The notes under the pieces were generated by a model. That model saw nothing but the letters and a program-made list of their open reading frames with translations, was not told the DNA's origin and searched no databases. Shown piece by piece: positions 23,880-34,898 of a DNA stretch of 64,000 nt. The DNA lies in NCBI GenBank assembly GCA_002269645.1, contig NIVC01002246.1, positions 1 to 64,000 of the forward strand. Reading direction: 5' to 3'. The position numbers and the translations under genes are program-made. Positions within the stretch are counted from its first letter, which is position 1; every line of letters starts with the position of its first letter. Source of the stretch: Macrostomum lignano. Taxonomy: Eukaryota.

Positions 23880-25145
23880 TACGCTCACGGAGTAATCCAA
23901 CCAACTAGATCCATCAAGAGTTGCTAGTTGATCAAGTTACTATTGTGCCGTGAATATCTCGGAGAGTGACAAAATTAGGCTCCGGCTGTGTCGACTGCTG
24001 ATTCTGAAACTGTTGCTGCTGCCGTTCTGTCTGCTGCTGTTGCTGTTGTGGGGGCTGGTCATGTTGCTGATTCTGAGACTGTTGCTGCCAGGCAAATATG
24101 GGTGTGAGTAATCACGTTTCAGTCCTTCCTGCATGCGAATCAATTCTATAAAAACATCTTTGTGCAGTTTCTCCTTCCTCCGAGAGCTTTTCAATACCCT
24201 TTTAAGGACATTTCTTGATTTGCAGGAGTCAAAATTCATCGCGAGAACATGCATCATATGTTTCTTTTCAAGCATGAGTTTCCGATGGGCTTCTGTAACA
24301 CCTTTGCAAGAGTCGATTTTCCTTTTTAACAAAATTTCTTCTGCTTGAGTCGTTCTCCTAAACGTTGGCGATTCAGCTTCTTTGTGGTTATAAGTTCCCT
24401 CTGCATAAACCTTCCAAACCCATCTTTCTGAACACGTGGGTTGTTCTTTCATAATAAAAGTAAATTTGCGAAGGCACCCTTTAATTTTACACGCAGCCTT
24501 AACGGTCCAAAAATTGCTTTCCGCCTTCCGAGATCGAAGAGATTTAACGTGACAGTAACCTCTCATGCGTAGACAGCAAGTCGAGATTCTACGCAGTGCT
24601 TTACAGAGGGCTTCGTTTAGGTTGGATTTCGAAAAGGAAAATTTACGCGTATTTTCTAGCTGCTTGAGGTCAACGGCTTTAATTTCTGCGGGTTCAAAAT
24701 ATATTTCTTGGGTATCTGTTTCTTGATCCAAAACTAAAAGGCTCTCTTTAGGAGGTGGTGTCTGGTGTCTCGACTCGTGCATATTATCTTCTTCTTCAAT
24801 GCAAACTACCGTCCCAGAGCCTCCAGTTGAGGATGATGAGTTTTCAGTATCTGATGGAGCCCCTGACGACTGTAAGGGTACATGTACATGTACTGGTGTT
24901 GGAGGTGAACTGGGTGGACTGGGTGCTTGATTGGAATCCCGTCGAATCCAATTCCACATAAGCAATCGATTGCGAACTGTGTTGCGTAGATTGAGTCTCG
25001 CTGACAATAATAAATAAATTGCTCCTGGCGAACGATAGTCTGTTGGAATGCCATGTTTTTTAACAGCCTCCAAAACGGCGGAACTAATCTGGAAAGTAAC
25101 CAACAAACGCACAGAATAAAATGCGCGTTTCTTTAAGTCTACCAT
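23880..25145 (-). pseudogene. Internally deleted NOF-like (MULE) transposase with a Q-rich tract and a possible Ulp1-like remnant
   Basis: WTVKAACKIKGCLRKFTF..YNH..DVFIELIRMQE..YLPG stops where NOF-type proteins continue with YIQ, as seen in element 2. It is followed in other frames by a poly-Q tract and QLATLDGSSWLD. Confidence 0.65.
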
Positions 25146-25765
25146 CGATCCTACATGTGGTAGACGTAGAGGCTACCCATACGGCAGTCGATATGTTATT
25201 TAACTTACCTCTTTCTTCGATGGGTAACAAGAACACGCAATAAACAATGTAAAAAGCAAGACTATAAGCTTCATACTGAAGTAGAGAATATATACTATTT
25301 TCCAATAATTAGTTTTTATAAATTCACCACATTTACGCAGACATTGACAAACCAAAAAGGACAGAATTTTTTTGACAAACGCGTGAACGATTCTGAAATT
25401 GAAAAACTTGACATTAACTTTGCATCCATATCCAAAGATATGCAAAATACTGCTGCTGAATTTGCTATAAGAGGTGTGTACAGTTTCTTGCATTCCTAGA
25501 GTAATTTGCTTAAACGAGGACAGTTGGAATGTACAGCAACTTCTGTGTACAGTTGTCAGTTGCAGAGAAACAAACAGCATTGATTATAGGAATAGCGCAA
25601 ATTAGATGAGTGATGACTCAACATACTTAAGGTACCGATCAATGATAGCTAAAAAGTGCATTAGGAATTGACAAAACTTGCCAGTTGCAAAAATAAAGCA
25701 TTAAAGACGTAGTATGAAGTCAAAGCCAGCAGTCAATTGTTCTGACTGAAACTGCAAAGTGCATA

Positions 25766-26570
25766 GAAAGCACACTTTGGAAGCAGATATCCCGGGAAAT
25801 ACAAAAGTAGGACATGTGTCTAAGGTGTCACTGCAAAGCTGAGACATGCGTCAAGAAGTGGTAGAAGTTTCAGAGCAAATGATTGAAGCATAGAGACGGA
25901 GCAATAAGTCAAAGTTTTGGTTGGTCTTGGTACGAATGATGAATGACTCACAGAAAGCACACTTTGGAAGCAGATATCCCGGGAAATACAAAAGTCAGAC
26001 ATGTGTCTAAGGTGTCACTGCAAAGCTGAGACATGCGTCAAGAAGTGGTAGAAGTTTCAGAGCAAATGATTGAAGCATAGAGACGGAGCGATAAGTCAAA
26101 GTTTTGGTTGGTCTTGGTACGAATGATGAATGACTCACGGAAAGCACACTTTGGAAGCAGATATCCCGGGAAATACAAAAGTCAGACATGTGTCTAAGGT
26201 GTCACTGCAAAGCTGAGACATGCGTCAAGAAGTGGTAGAAGTTTCAGAGCAAATGATTGAAGCATAGAGACGGAGCGATAAGTCAAAGTTTTGGTTGGTC
26301 TTGGTACGGATGATGAATGACTCACGGAAAGCACACTTTGGAAGCAGATATCCCGGGAAATACAAAAGTAGGACATGTGTCTAAGGTGTCACTGCAAAGC
26401 TGAGACATGCGTCAAGAAGTGGTAGAAGTTTCAGAGCAAATGATTGAAGCATAGAGACGGAGCGATAAGTCAAAGTTTTGGTTGGTCTTGGTACGGATGA
26501 TGAATGACTCACGGAAAGCACACTTTGGAAGCAGATATCCCAGGAAATACAAAAGTAGGACATGTGTCTA
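25766..26570 (-). repeat. Right arm 187-bp tandem array (about 4 units)
   Basis: The period is visible from the near-identical 60-aa ORFs at 25820, 26007, 26194 and 26381. Reverse complement of the left arm. Confidence 0.92.
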
Positions 26571-26857
26571 AGGTGTCATTGCAAAGTTGAGACATGCGTC
26601 AGAAACTGACAAAAAATTCATTGCTACCGTTACTTCATAAGTTCTTTGGCGTGAGAATTTTTTTGTAAGGAATGTGTGATAAAATTCGTTTTGACACACT
26701 TTGTATTCGTGTAATATTTTTTTCTTTAAGACATAAAATTTTTGTCTACAAAATTTTAAAGCTGAATACGGCGTCAGAGTAAGTAATGCATCCCGAAACA
26801 TAAATTCATTTTTTGTTTGAATTATCCGTTTGAAGGAGAAAATATCTGTCGCGAAAA

Positions 26858-27241
26858 AAAAATAATATAATAATTTTCGGATTGCAAGAGACGGAGGAGC
26901 TTGAGAACTTGCTACGAGATGGACTGAAGATCACCCCATCAACAGTGCCAATTATCGCCACCAAACGACTTGGCCGTGAGCAACCTTTTAGCAACCGGCC
27001 GAGGCCCCTGGTTGTTCGCCTTGCAAACGAAAGTGACAAAGCAGCTTTCTTCGGCAACCTAAAAAACCTGCGGGAAACTGGTTCTGCCTATCAAAGAGTC
27101 AGAATAGAGAACGACCTAACAGAGAAGGAACGTACGTACAAGCAGAAGGTCATCAAAGAGCTGAAAAAACGGAAAGAAGATGGTGAGAAAAACATTCGAA
27201 TTGCATATAAGAAGGGAGTCCCCTTCATCAAAGCTTTTTGA
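26858..27241 (+). CDS. LINE ORF1, C-terminal fragment
   Basis: NIIIFGLQE..KRLGRE..RPRPLVVRL..RIENDLTEKER, typical of CR1/L2/RTE-X ORF1 ends. Open up to the 5' truncation point. Confidence 0.8.
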   Translation, partial: KNNIIIFGLQETEELENLLRDGLKITPSTVPIIATKRLGREQPFSNRPRPLVVRLANESDKAAFFGNLKNLRETGSAYQRVRIENDLTEKERTYKQKVIKELKKRKEDGEKNIRIAYKKGVPFIKAF

Positions 27242-30200
27242 ACTTCATTGACTTCCGACCTTTTTGATACTAGATGTATTAATAAATCTACTGATGCTAA
27301 TAGGACTAAAAAGAAGCGGATTCAGTACACTAGAGATTATCTTATCTTGATTAATAATAGTATCACTCATAGGAACATAAAAATATCTCAAAATACTAAA
27401 TCAAAACTCTCTGAACTCAATATTAAAAAGATTAAACAAAATTTCACAATTAGCAGTTGGAATATTACAGGACTTTATACTATAAAAGACTCAGTGATGA
27501 TTCCCAAGCTTGAATTGTTAGAAGCTAAACCAATTTTTAAGCATGATATTTTCTGCCTTCAAGAAACTTGGATAATTGACACAAAAAGCAATGATAGGCT
27601 TCTCAGCACTGACAAATTGCGTGACAACTACACAATTTTCCAAAAGTCTGCAAACAAAAAAGGAAGCAGTTCTACTGGTAGGGCATCTGGCGGCCTACTG
27701 ACTGCTTATAAAAAATCACTAGAAACACATTTCAATGTGACTGAGTCATTCAATAATTACAACAATTTTTTGACATTAAACTTTAAAAACAAAAAGGACA
27801 AAAGCAAAAATTTCACTGTTATCAACTCTTACATACCACCAACATCTTCAAAATACTATGAAGAAGAGTCTTGGGAACAGTTAGCACTAATACTTGATGC
27901 ACATCATTCTGAAGAAAACATAATCCTGGTGGGAGATTTTAATGCACATACTTACAATACTGATCATATAGATTTGCATAGAATAAGCACTTTAAAGGCA
28001 AAAAATATCTCACTCTATAGGCAAAGCCAAGACAAAAAAACCTGTAAAAGTGGTAGATTATTAAACCAAATCACAAACTCATATAACTTGCATATAATCA
28101 ATGGTAGATCCCTATCTGATGCAACTGGAACACTTACCTTTATCTCCAAAACTGGTTCATCTGTAATTGACCTCTGTTTTGTCTCTAGCAACTTACTTGA
28201 GCACTTTGAAGACTTTAAAGTAAGAAACCATACTTACCTTAGTGACCACAATCAAATTATACTCTCATTATCATGTAAATTCACAGCAGAGATTACAGAA
28301 ACAAAACAAGCAACCAATAACCAAAGAACAAAATTCCGGATATTAAGAAAACTAGATAAACCCACCCCACAACAAGAAAAACATATCAATTGCTTCTCAG
28401 ATGATCTAAAGGATCTGGAGAATAAAATCCCAAATCTCGACATGCAAAACCCAGCTTTCATCCATAATTTAAGCAAGAAAGTTCAGCAAATCCAAAGTAA
28501 AATCACAGTAGAAACAAAAAACCCTCTCTGTTCAGCATTGCCACAATTTCTTAAAGACCTGAGAAATGCCACCAGGCATGCCAGCAGAAGATATAAGATG
28601 TTCCCCACAAGTAGCAACCTCGCATCCAAAATACAGCTTAAAAAAACATATGAAAAAAGCTTGATTTCTTGGAAACATGAATCAATACTGTGTGCAGAAA
28701 ACATGATCAACCAGGCTTATATTCAAAATGATACAAGACAGCTTTGGCAATTACTGAAACCACATAACCGCCCCAATAACAATGCAGCAATTGACGAAAA
28801 ATTTGTCATACACTTTCAAAATCTTGTAACTGAACAAGACAGCAGCATTAGACTAGCATACAATCTTCACCTTGACAACCCTATTCTGACTAATTTAGAG
28901 GATTTCAATGCCCCATTCACCAAAGAAGAAGTTATAAAACATATTAAAAAGCTCAAAACCGACAAAGCACCTGGGCATGATAAAGTATATGTAGAAACAC
29001 TCAAATACCTTGAAAACGAACTTACTGACCTCCTATGCTCACTTTTCAACGAAGCACTCAAACAAGGAACCTTTCCAACTAGTTGGATTACAAATACTCT
29101 TCATCCGATTTATAAAAACAAAGGCAGCAGTGCCGACCCCAACAATTACAGAGGAATCTGCATTCAACCAATTTTTGGCAAGCTCTTTTGCCAAATTATT
29201 AAATCCAGACTTGAAAACCTAGCATACGCTAACAATCTTATATCAAAATACCAATACGGTTTCAAGCCCAATCACAGCACAATCGACCAATGTTTTAATC
29301 TTTACAACATTATAAACCAGTCCATCTACAACAAAAATGAACTCTTTATCGGTTTTGTTGACTATGAAAAAGCCTTCGATAGCTTAAATCAACCGACCCT
29401 TTGGCACAAAACGGATAACCAAGGTATTAAAGGTCAAATGACAGAACTTATCAAGAACATGCATAAAAATGCCTGTTTCATTCTAAAGAAAGATGATGAT
29501 GATGATGAAACCCAGCCAATCCCAATATCTAAAGGTGTTCTTCAAGGTAACCCTCTCTCTACCATCCTTTTTGAACTATATATTGACGACATTGTTGAAT
29601 ATCTTGAACTCTCTAGCGCTAGGCGCTCTCTTACGAGATCTGCTTTCCCACTCATCCTGCTCTTTGCGGACGATCAAGCCATTCTAGCTAAAAACAAAGA
29701 TGAACTTCAAGACACATTTACAACTATGGAAAATTACTGCAAGCAAAACTACTTGAAAGTTAATGCAAGCAAAACAAAGTTTATGCAGGGCAGTACCAGA
29801 CAAAAAAATGACACAGAAAGTTTTGCTACAAAAATAATCTACGACAACCAAGAAATAGAGGAAGTAAATGAATTTAAATACCTGGGAATTATTTTTGAAC
29901 CAAAAAACAGCTTTAAAAAATGTATTGAACATCAAACTAAGCAGGGTTATTCAGCTATGTTTTCCCTACTCCACAAGGTAAAAAATACGTCCCTGGACAT
30001 CACACTCATTCGCAGACTATTCGACGCGCTTGTCACCCCCGTTATCACGTACGGCTGTGAGCTCTGGGGCCCTCTGGCTACCATTTCTGAAACAAAAGCT
30101 ATTGATAACATTCAGCTGAAATTCTACAAATATCTCCTCAATCTACCAAAATTTGCTAGCAACAGTGTGATATCATCAGAACTTGAGCTTACTCCAATCT

Positions 30201-30832
30201 CCCAACGAATTGCTAAAACCTATCTTACCTACTGGCTGAAGATTAGACATCAAAAACTTTGCCAAACGACACTAGAAATTTTCTACTCAAACACCAGCCA
30301 AAAAAATCCATGGAAAACAAATATACTAAAGAAACTGGAAAGTATAGACTTAAAAGCACTAACTGAAGATAAACTTTCCCAAAGCTTTAATAACGAGAAA
30401 TACCTAGTGAAAAAGCACCTCAAGATACACAGAGAAAGAGAACTTAGCCAAAAGCTAGAGAATCAGCAACATATTAAACTCTATAAAAACGCCTATCTCT
30501 ACAAAAAAATCTGCAGGCCTGACCTTTCAGATTACTTTCCATGCACTTTTAGAAACAAAAAATTCCTAACAACCCTCCTAAAACTGAAATGCGAAATTAC
30601 ACCCAACATTTTCTCTCATGAACCATGTAGATTGTGTGGAGCGAGAAATGGTTCCGATATCCTACACTACTTGACCGAATGTCCACAAACCGAAAAGTTC
30701 AGAAAAAAATACTTCTGTCAGTACCTCCTAAATGACAAGCAAGTACACAAGTTAGGATATGCTACAAATGAAAAAAGAGTCAGAAAAGAGCTCACTGGTG
30801 TAGCTAAAATATATGAAGTCATGAATAGCTAA
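27242..30832 (+). CDS. LINE ORF2: APE endonuclease + reverse transcriptase + C-terminal CCHC
   Basis: SWNITGL, CLQETW, GDFNAH, IDL, SDH (APE); KAPGHD, NYRGICI, QYGFK, DYEKAFD, QGNPLS, LFADD, FKYLG (RT); LFDALVTPVITYGCELWG and CRLCG..HYLTEC. Uninterrupted for about 1196 codons. Confidence 0.95.
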   Translation, partial: TSLTSDLFDTRCINKSTDANRTKKKRIQYTRDYLILINNSITHRNIKISQNTKSKLSELNIKKIKQNFTISSWNITGLYTIKDSVMIPKLELLEAKPIFKHDIFCLQETWIIDTKSNDRLLSTDKLRDNYTIFQKSANKKGSSSTGRASGGLLTAYKKSLETHFNVTESFNNYNNFLTLNFKNKKDKSKNFTVINSYIPPTSSKYYEEESWEQLALILDAHHSEENIILVGDFNAHTYNTDHIDLHRISTLKAKNISLYRQSQDKKTCKSGRLLNQITNSYNLHIINGRSLSDATGTLTFISKTGSSVIDLCFVSSNLLEHFEDFKVRNHTYLSDHNQIILSLSCKFTAEITETKQATNNQRTKFRILRKLDKPTPQQEKHINCFSDDLKDLENKIPNLDMQNPAFIHNLSKKVQQIQSKITVETKNPLCSALPQFLKDLRNATRHASRRYKMFPTSSNLASKIQLKKTYEKSLISWKHESILCAENMINQAYIQNDTRQLWQLLKPHNRPNNNAAIDEKFVIHFQNLVTEQDSSIRLAYNLHLDNPILTNLEDFNAPFTKEEVIKHIKKLKTDKAPGHDKVYVETLKYLENELTDLLCSLFNEALKQGTFPTSWITNTLHPIYKNKGSSADPNNYRGICIQPIFGKLFCQIIKSRLENLAYANNLISKYQYGFKPNHSTIDQCFNLYNIINQSIYNKNELFIGFVDYEKAFDSLNQPTLWHKTDNQGIKGQMTELIKNMHKNACFILKKDDDDDETQPIPISKGVLQGNPLSTILFELYIDDIVEYLELSSARRSLTRSAFPLILLFADDQAILAKNKDELQDTFTTMENYCKQNYLKVNASKTKFMQGSTRQKNDTESFATKIIYDNQEIEEVNEFKYLGIIFEPKNSFKKCIEHQTKQGYSAMFSLLHKVKNTSLDITLIRRLFDALVTPVITYGCELWGPLATISETKAIDNIQLKFYKYLLNLPKFASNSVISSELELTPISQRIAKTYLTYWLKIRHQKLCQTTLEIFYSNTSQKNPWKTNILKKLESIDLKALTEDKLSQSFNNEKYLVKKHLKIHRERELSQKLENQQHIKLYKNAYLYKKICRPDLSDYFPCTFRNKKFLTTLLKLKCEITPNIFSHEPCRLCGARNGSDILHYLTECPQTEKFRKKYFCQYLLNDKQVHKLGYATNEKRVRKELTGVAKIYEVMNS

Positions 30833-33710
30833 AACAGTTATGCAAACTGAAACAGACATATCAGCAGTGAAATAAATCCGCCTTTCCCATTTTTAATTTC
30901 CTACTTAATTAGCACTTAATTAGTATTTAATTAGTTTCCTATCTAATACCTATTTAAATCGTCGTCATTCGCTTAACGTAAAGTCCCTTCGAAGTTCGTT
31001 TTTGTTCATTTTTCTTTCGTTTTTACTTTTACTAACTGCAATACTTTTTTTAACTCCTTGCTTTTTCTTTCGCTTCGTTAGTCGTCCAAGTATCGTTAAT
31101 AACTTTTCCGCGTTCTTTCAAATACCATTTTGCAAAACTCGTACTACTCATAATTAAATAACTAGTGCTAAAATATTGTCTCCTATTCCTGAAGCAATCT
31201 TAAATACATAGAAATATATTGGCCAAACAGGCTTCTTGCCTGAGCCAACTTACTACTACTACTACTACTAAAGAATATCTGTCGGGGAACCCTCACATCG
31301 ATGAGCACGGGAGTCGCGCGCGCGCGCGCTGTGTAAAGCTCTGTTCGTTCGTTTGAATTGAATTAATAAAACTGGTAAATTAGTTTTATTTATCAATTGC
31401 TCTGTTTAATATATCCTTTGTTGTTTATCCTGCTAGAAAAAAAACGAGAAAAACTATTTTTTTATTTGCCCGAAAGATTTACTACTTGTTTTAACTAAGA
31501 ACTGGTAGCAAATTTAAAGTTTGTTCTGTTCCAGGAAACAGTTAAAAGTATCGAATCTGGACACGGTATCTGCATGGTCTGGGTATATTAGGCAGACAGT
31601 TATGCTTGCTTTAGACCCAGATAAAGGCCTAACGTAATTAATTAAAAGAATTTATAAGTTGCTTAAGCTTAAGTAAAACTGAGAAAATTTTTATTACTCT
31701 ATTGAGTCTATTGCTTTTTTATTTTTACATCTTGTAATAAGTGTATTTGTCTGTTTATGATCATTTTGGACTTAAGGCCAAGGGCTTAGCTTAGGACAGG
31801 TGTACAGCATAGGCCTAGTCATAGCTCATAGACCCATTATGGCCTGGGACAAATTTAGCCTAGGGCAAAGCAAAGTATGGCTAGGCCTAGGCAGGGCAGT
31901 GCAGAGCAAGTGCAGGTTAGGCCTACTCTTTAGGTCAGGTTAGGCCTGGGGCAGGGCAAGGGCAGGTAGGGCTACTGGCTAGGTAAGGGACAGGGTGGGT
32001 AGTTGGTAGAGAGTAGCAAAAGTGGTTGACTGACTTGCCATTGTCAAGTAGGTGTCTAGTATATACTCGTTTTTTGGGCAAAATTTTAGATGTATACCAA
32101 GTATACCAAATATTGAAAATGTGACTTTGTCATATATGCTAAATTTTCAGTTGCACTGCAACAATCAAGGACCTTTATACATTTTGCCAATTATACCAAT
32201 CAAGGTTCATTTTTTTATTATTACATTGTTTTCTATATAGATGTTTACATATAAATTATAAAATAACAAAATAAATTTCATGTCTATAGTATAACTCCTT
32301 TATGACAACTTGCCATCACAAAAGTTCCTATACCTAAATTCTTTAAAGTAACACTATCACATTCAATTACTATATTTATTTTTTATTATACTCAGGTTAT
32401 CCACACTCTAGATTATATAATATATCCCCATAAACAATTTTATAAAGATTTCTATTTCATAAACTAAAGAGTGCCTGAATTTAGTTGTGCACAGTTGGCA
32501 TGCATGATTCTGAAGAAAATAGTAAGTGTGCACACATGGTATGCACTTTATAGAATCACATGGAAAAGTTAGTTTTAATGGAAAAAAAGATATAAAATAT
32601 TTATTTTTAGTGTAAATTTTTACTTTCCAGCTTTTAAGCTTCTTAATAATGTATTGAAACAAAAGTTTGTGCAATTTTCATATTGATATCAAATTTCCAT
32701 TGTAAATAGTAGTTTAAGACAATAAAGATAAATAATCAACCAAATTATCAACCAAAAAGGGTTTTTTATGCAATGCAAAAAGGTCATTTATTGTTGCAAC
32801 ACTAGCCTAGACTTTTAGAATGGGGGCATATACTAATTTTTTTCAGGCATAGATTTCTAACTCTTCAATTTTTGTTTAGGTGTGCAACTAGTATGATCCA
32901 GACTAGGCTATGGCTAGTCACCTCATAATAACTACCATTTTCTTTAAAATGTTCTGTTACAAAAACTGGAAAAAACTTGCACCTATCTTCAAATAGCTTT
33001 GTATGATTGTATACCACTTTTTGTATGCCAAATACAACTTTTTAAGATTCAAGCATGCCAGTCACTATGAAAGACTAATCCATGCCAGAAAATTTTGGCA
33101 TATAGGATACTTTCCTGATTATGGCTGACATGCTAGAGGAGCTAAGCCATGTTGTCCATTTGTTGGCCAATATTGCAATATGGCCATAGTCTAGATCATG
33201 TTGAATGCCTACCAGAATGCCTTTTAACAAAATTTACAAATTCATGCCTATGCCAAACCCCAAAGTTTATATGCTAATAGACTGGGATTGTAAGAAAATT
33301 TGGACCATGGAAGAGGCTAGCAAAGGTCTAATATAATTTATTCAAATGGAATAAAAATAGTGAATAATTTTTATATTATTAATGGATATCTAGATCTAAA
33401 AAAACCACAAATAATCATATATGCTATATATGTAGACTTAGACTGGCATGCTGTGAGTCTATAACATGCATAATATAAGGCAATTTCCAATTATGCGTGT
33501 TGACAACTATACATTTTTTCATTTACACACCAAGCTCACTAAGGTTTTAGAATATATGCTAGAAAATTCTAGCATGCACTATCATACATGCGCAACCTCC
33601 AAAATTCTGTCGGCCATGCGACTTAGTTTTAACAAAAATGCGACATAGTTTTTGGCCAAAAATGCAACTTACATGTAAAAAAAACCTCATGCAAAATTAA
33701 CGCAACTTTA

Positions 33711-33772
33711 GGTAAACGGCAGGAGTAACTATGACTGTCTTATTAAGTCAAAATGCCTCGTCAGCTACTTAG
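33711..33772 (+). other. Isolated 28S rRNA-like fragment spanning the R2/I-PpoI target site
   Basis: 51/62 identities by hand to the recalled conserved 28S segment GGTAAACGGCGGGAGTAACTATGACTCTCTTAAGGTAGCCAAATGCCTCGTCATCTAATTAG. No further rDNA on either side. Confidence 0.7.
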
Positions 33773-34898
33773 CACTACTACTTTGGTATTTTTTCGGGTG
33801 GGCATTTTGCGACTTCCTTGGTTGGCCACAACATCAGTCGGCCGGATCGGCCGACTCGGCCGACTGTTGCGCATGTATGTGCACTATGTCTTTTAGAATA
33901 TAAGAATATAGATCTCATTGAAAATGACTAAATGATTGAATTGGACCTTGGGATAAAAATTCTGACTTTTTCTAGGCATTTATTGCAGATTTTGTCAGTT
34001 TTGGTTAATCAAGGCATTGGGACAGAAAGTTTTTTTATATTTTGGGGCTTATGTGCCATGATTCTAACTAATAAATAGTTCATTTAAATTAAACTAAACT
34101 AATAACTTTAGATAGATTTACTTTTCTTGGAATAAATAATCATCTTTTTTAACACGGAAAACATTTGTTGTTTTGTTAAACCCAAATAATAAACTGAAAG
34201 GAAAAGTTCAAGAGTTTAATTGTTTTAGATTAGTAATACTTTGTTTGGTGGCATTATTCAAGTTGGCCTATGTGGATGTCTAGTCATTTTGGTTATGGAA
34301 GTAAAATATGCTTTAGATTGCTTAGTGCTTTAAAATGATTATATTAAATGCTTTTTGAAATTTTCCTCACTTAGCATTTACGAGTATTAAATATATCCCT
34401 TTAAGCTATAGAGTATAGAAACTAATAGACACTTTTATAACACTCATAACTGATCAATGAAAATTCATCAATTTTCACTCATTAGAACTGGTGCAAATTC
34501 AAATAAAATTAATTTTCCAAATGAAACTATACTCTGAGGCCTTTGGCTAAGACTCCACAGCAGTTAGGAACCTTGTTAACTAGGTTGATATAAATATAAA
34601 AAAACTTTTTTAACTCTATTTTGTTTCTCTATTTTCTATGCCAATATGCATTAGCAATACATGTCTTATAATAATTTTAAATTTTATTATCTTTGTATTG
34701 AAAACTAATTTATAACTAAGTCAGAGGCAGTTTGAAAATATACCAGCTGTACTACAAACTTGAAACTTGAACATTAATTGATATTTTGCTATCTATTTGA
34801 ATTTTCTACTTTGATATTACTGCTACTCTACTATCAGTAATATGCACGAAATCTAACTTCAATTATTTATTTCACATGTTAGCTTTCAGATTTGTGTG

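Larger units (their letters stand above)
26856..31272 (+). mobile_element. 5'-truncated RTE-X-like LINE inserted in the right arm of Foldback element 1
   Basis: ORF1 C-terminus, intact ORF2, about 420-bp 3' UTR and a (cta)n tail at about 31249-31270. The arm sequence resumes at gaatatctgtcgggg; possible 3-bp TSD gaa. Confidence 0.9.
19910..31298. mobile_element. Foldback/NOF-like MULE element 1 with long tandem-repeat inverted arms
   Basis: Termini atgtgagggttccccgacagatattc / gaatatctgtcggggaaccctcacat; exact 9-bp TSD cgatgagca at 19901-19909 and 31299-31307; arms built from 187-bp units; NOF-like ORF in the centre. Confidence 0.9.

Noticed and set aside
25820-26563. Tandem array of 60-aa peptide genes (MSDFCISRD..)
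   Set aside because: A by-product of the 187-bp arm unit. The unit length is not a multiple of 3 and there are no expression signals.
33711-33772. Functional rRNA gene or bacterial/organellar 23S insert
   Set aside because: Only 62 bp with no flanking rDNA, and it is closer to the eukaryotic 28S wording than to 23S.
33835-33870. cggccgact palindromic cluster as a structured ncRNA
   Set aside because: Too short and with no recognisable family features; more likely a transposon subterminal remnant.
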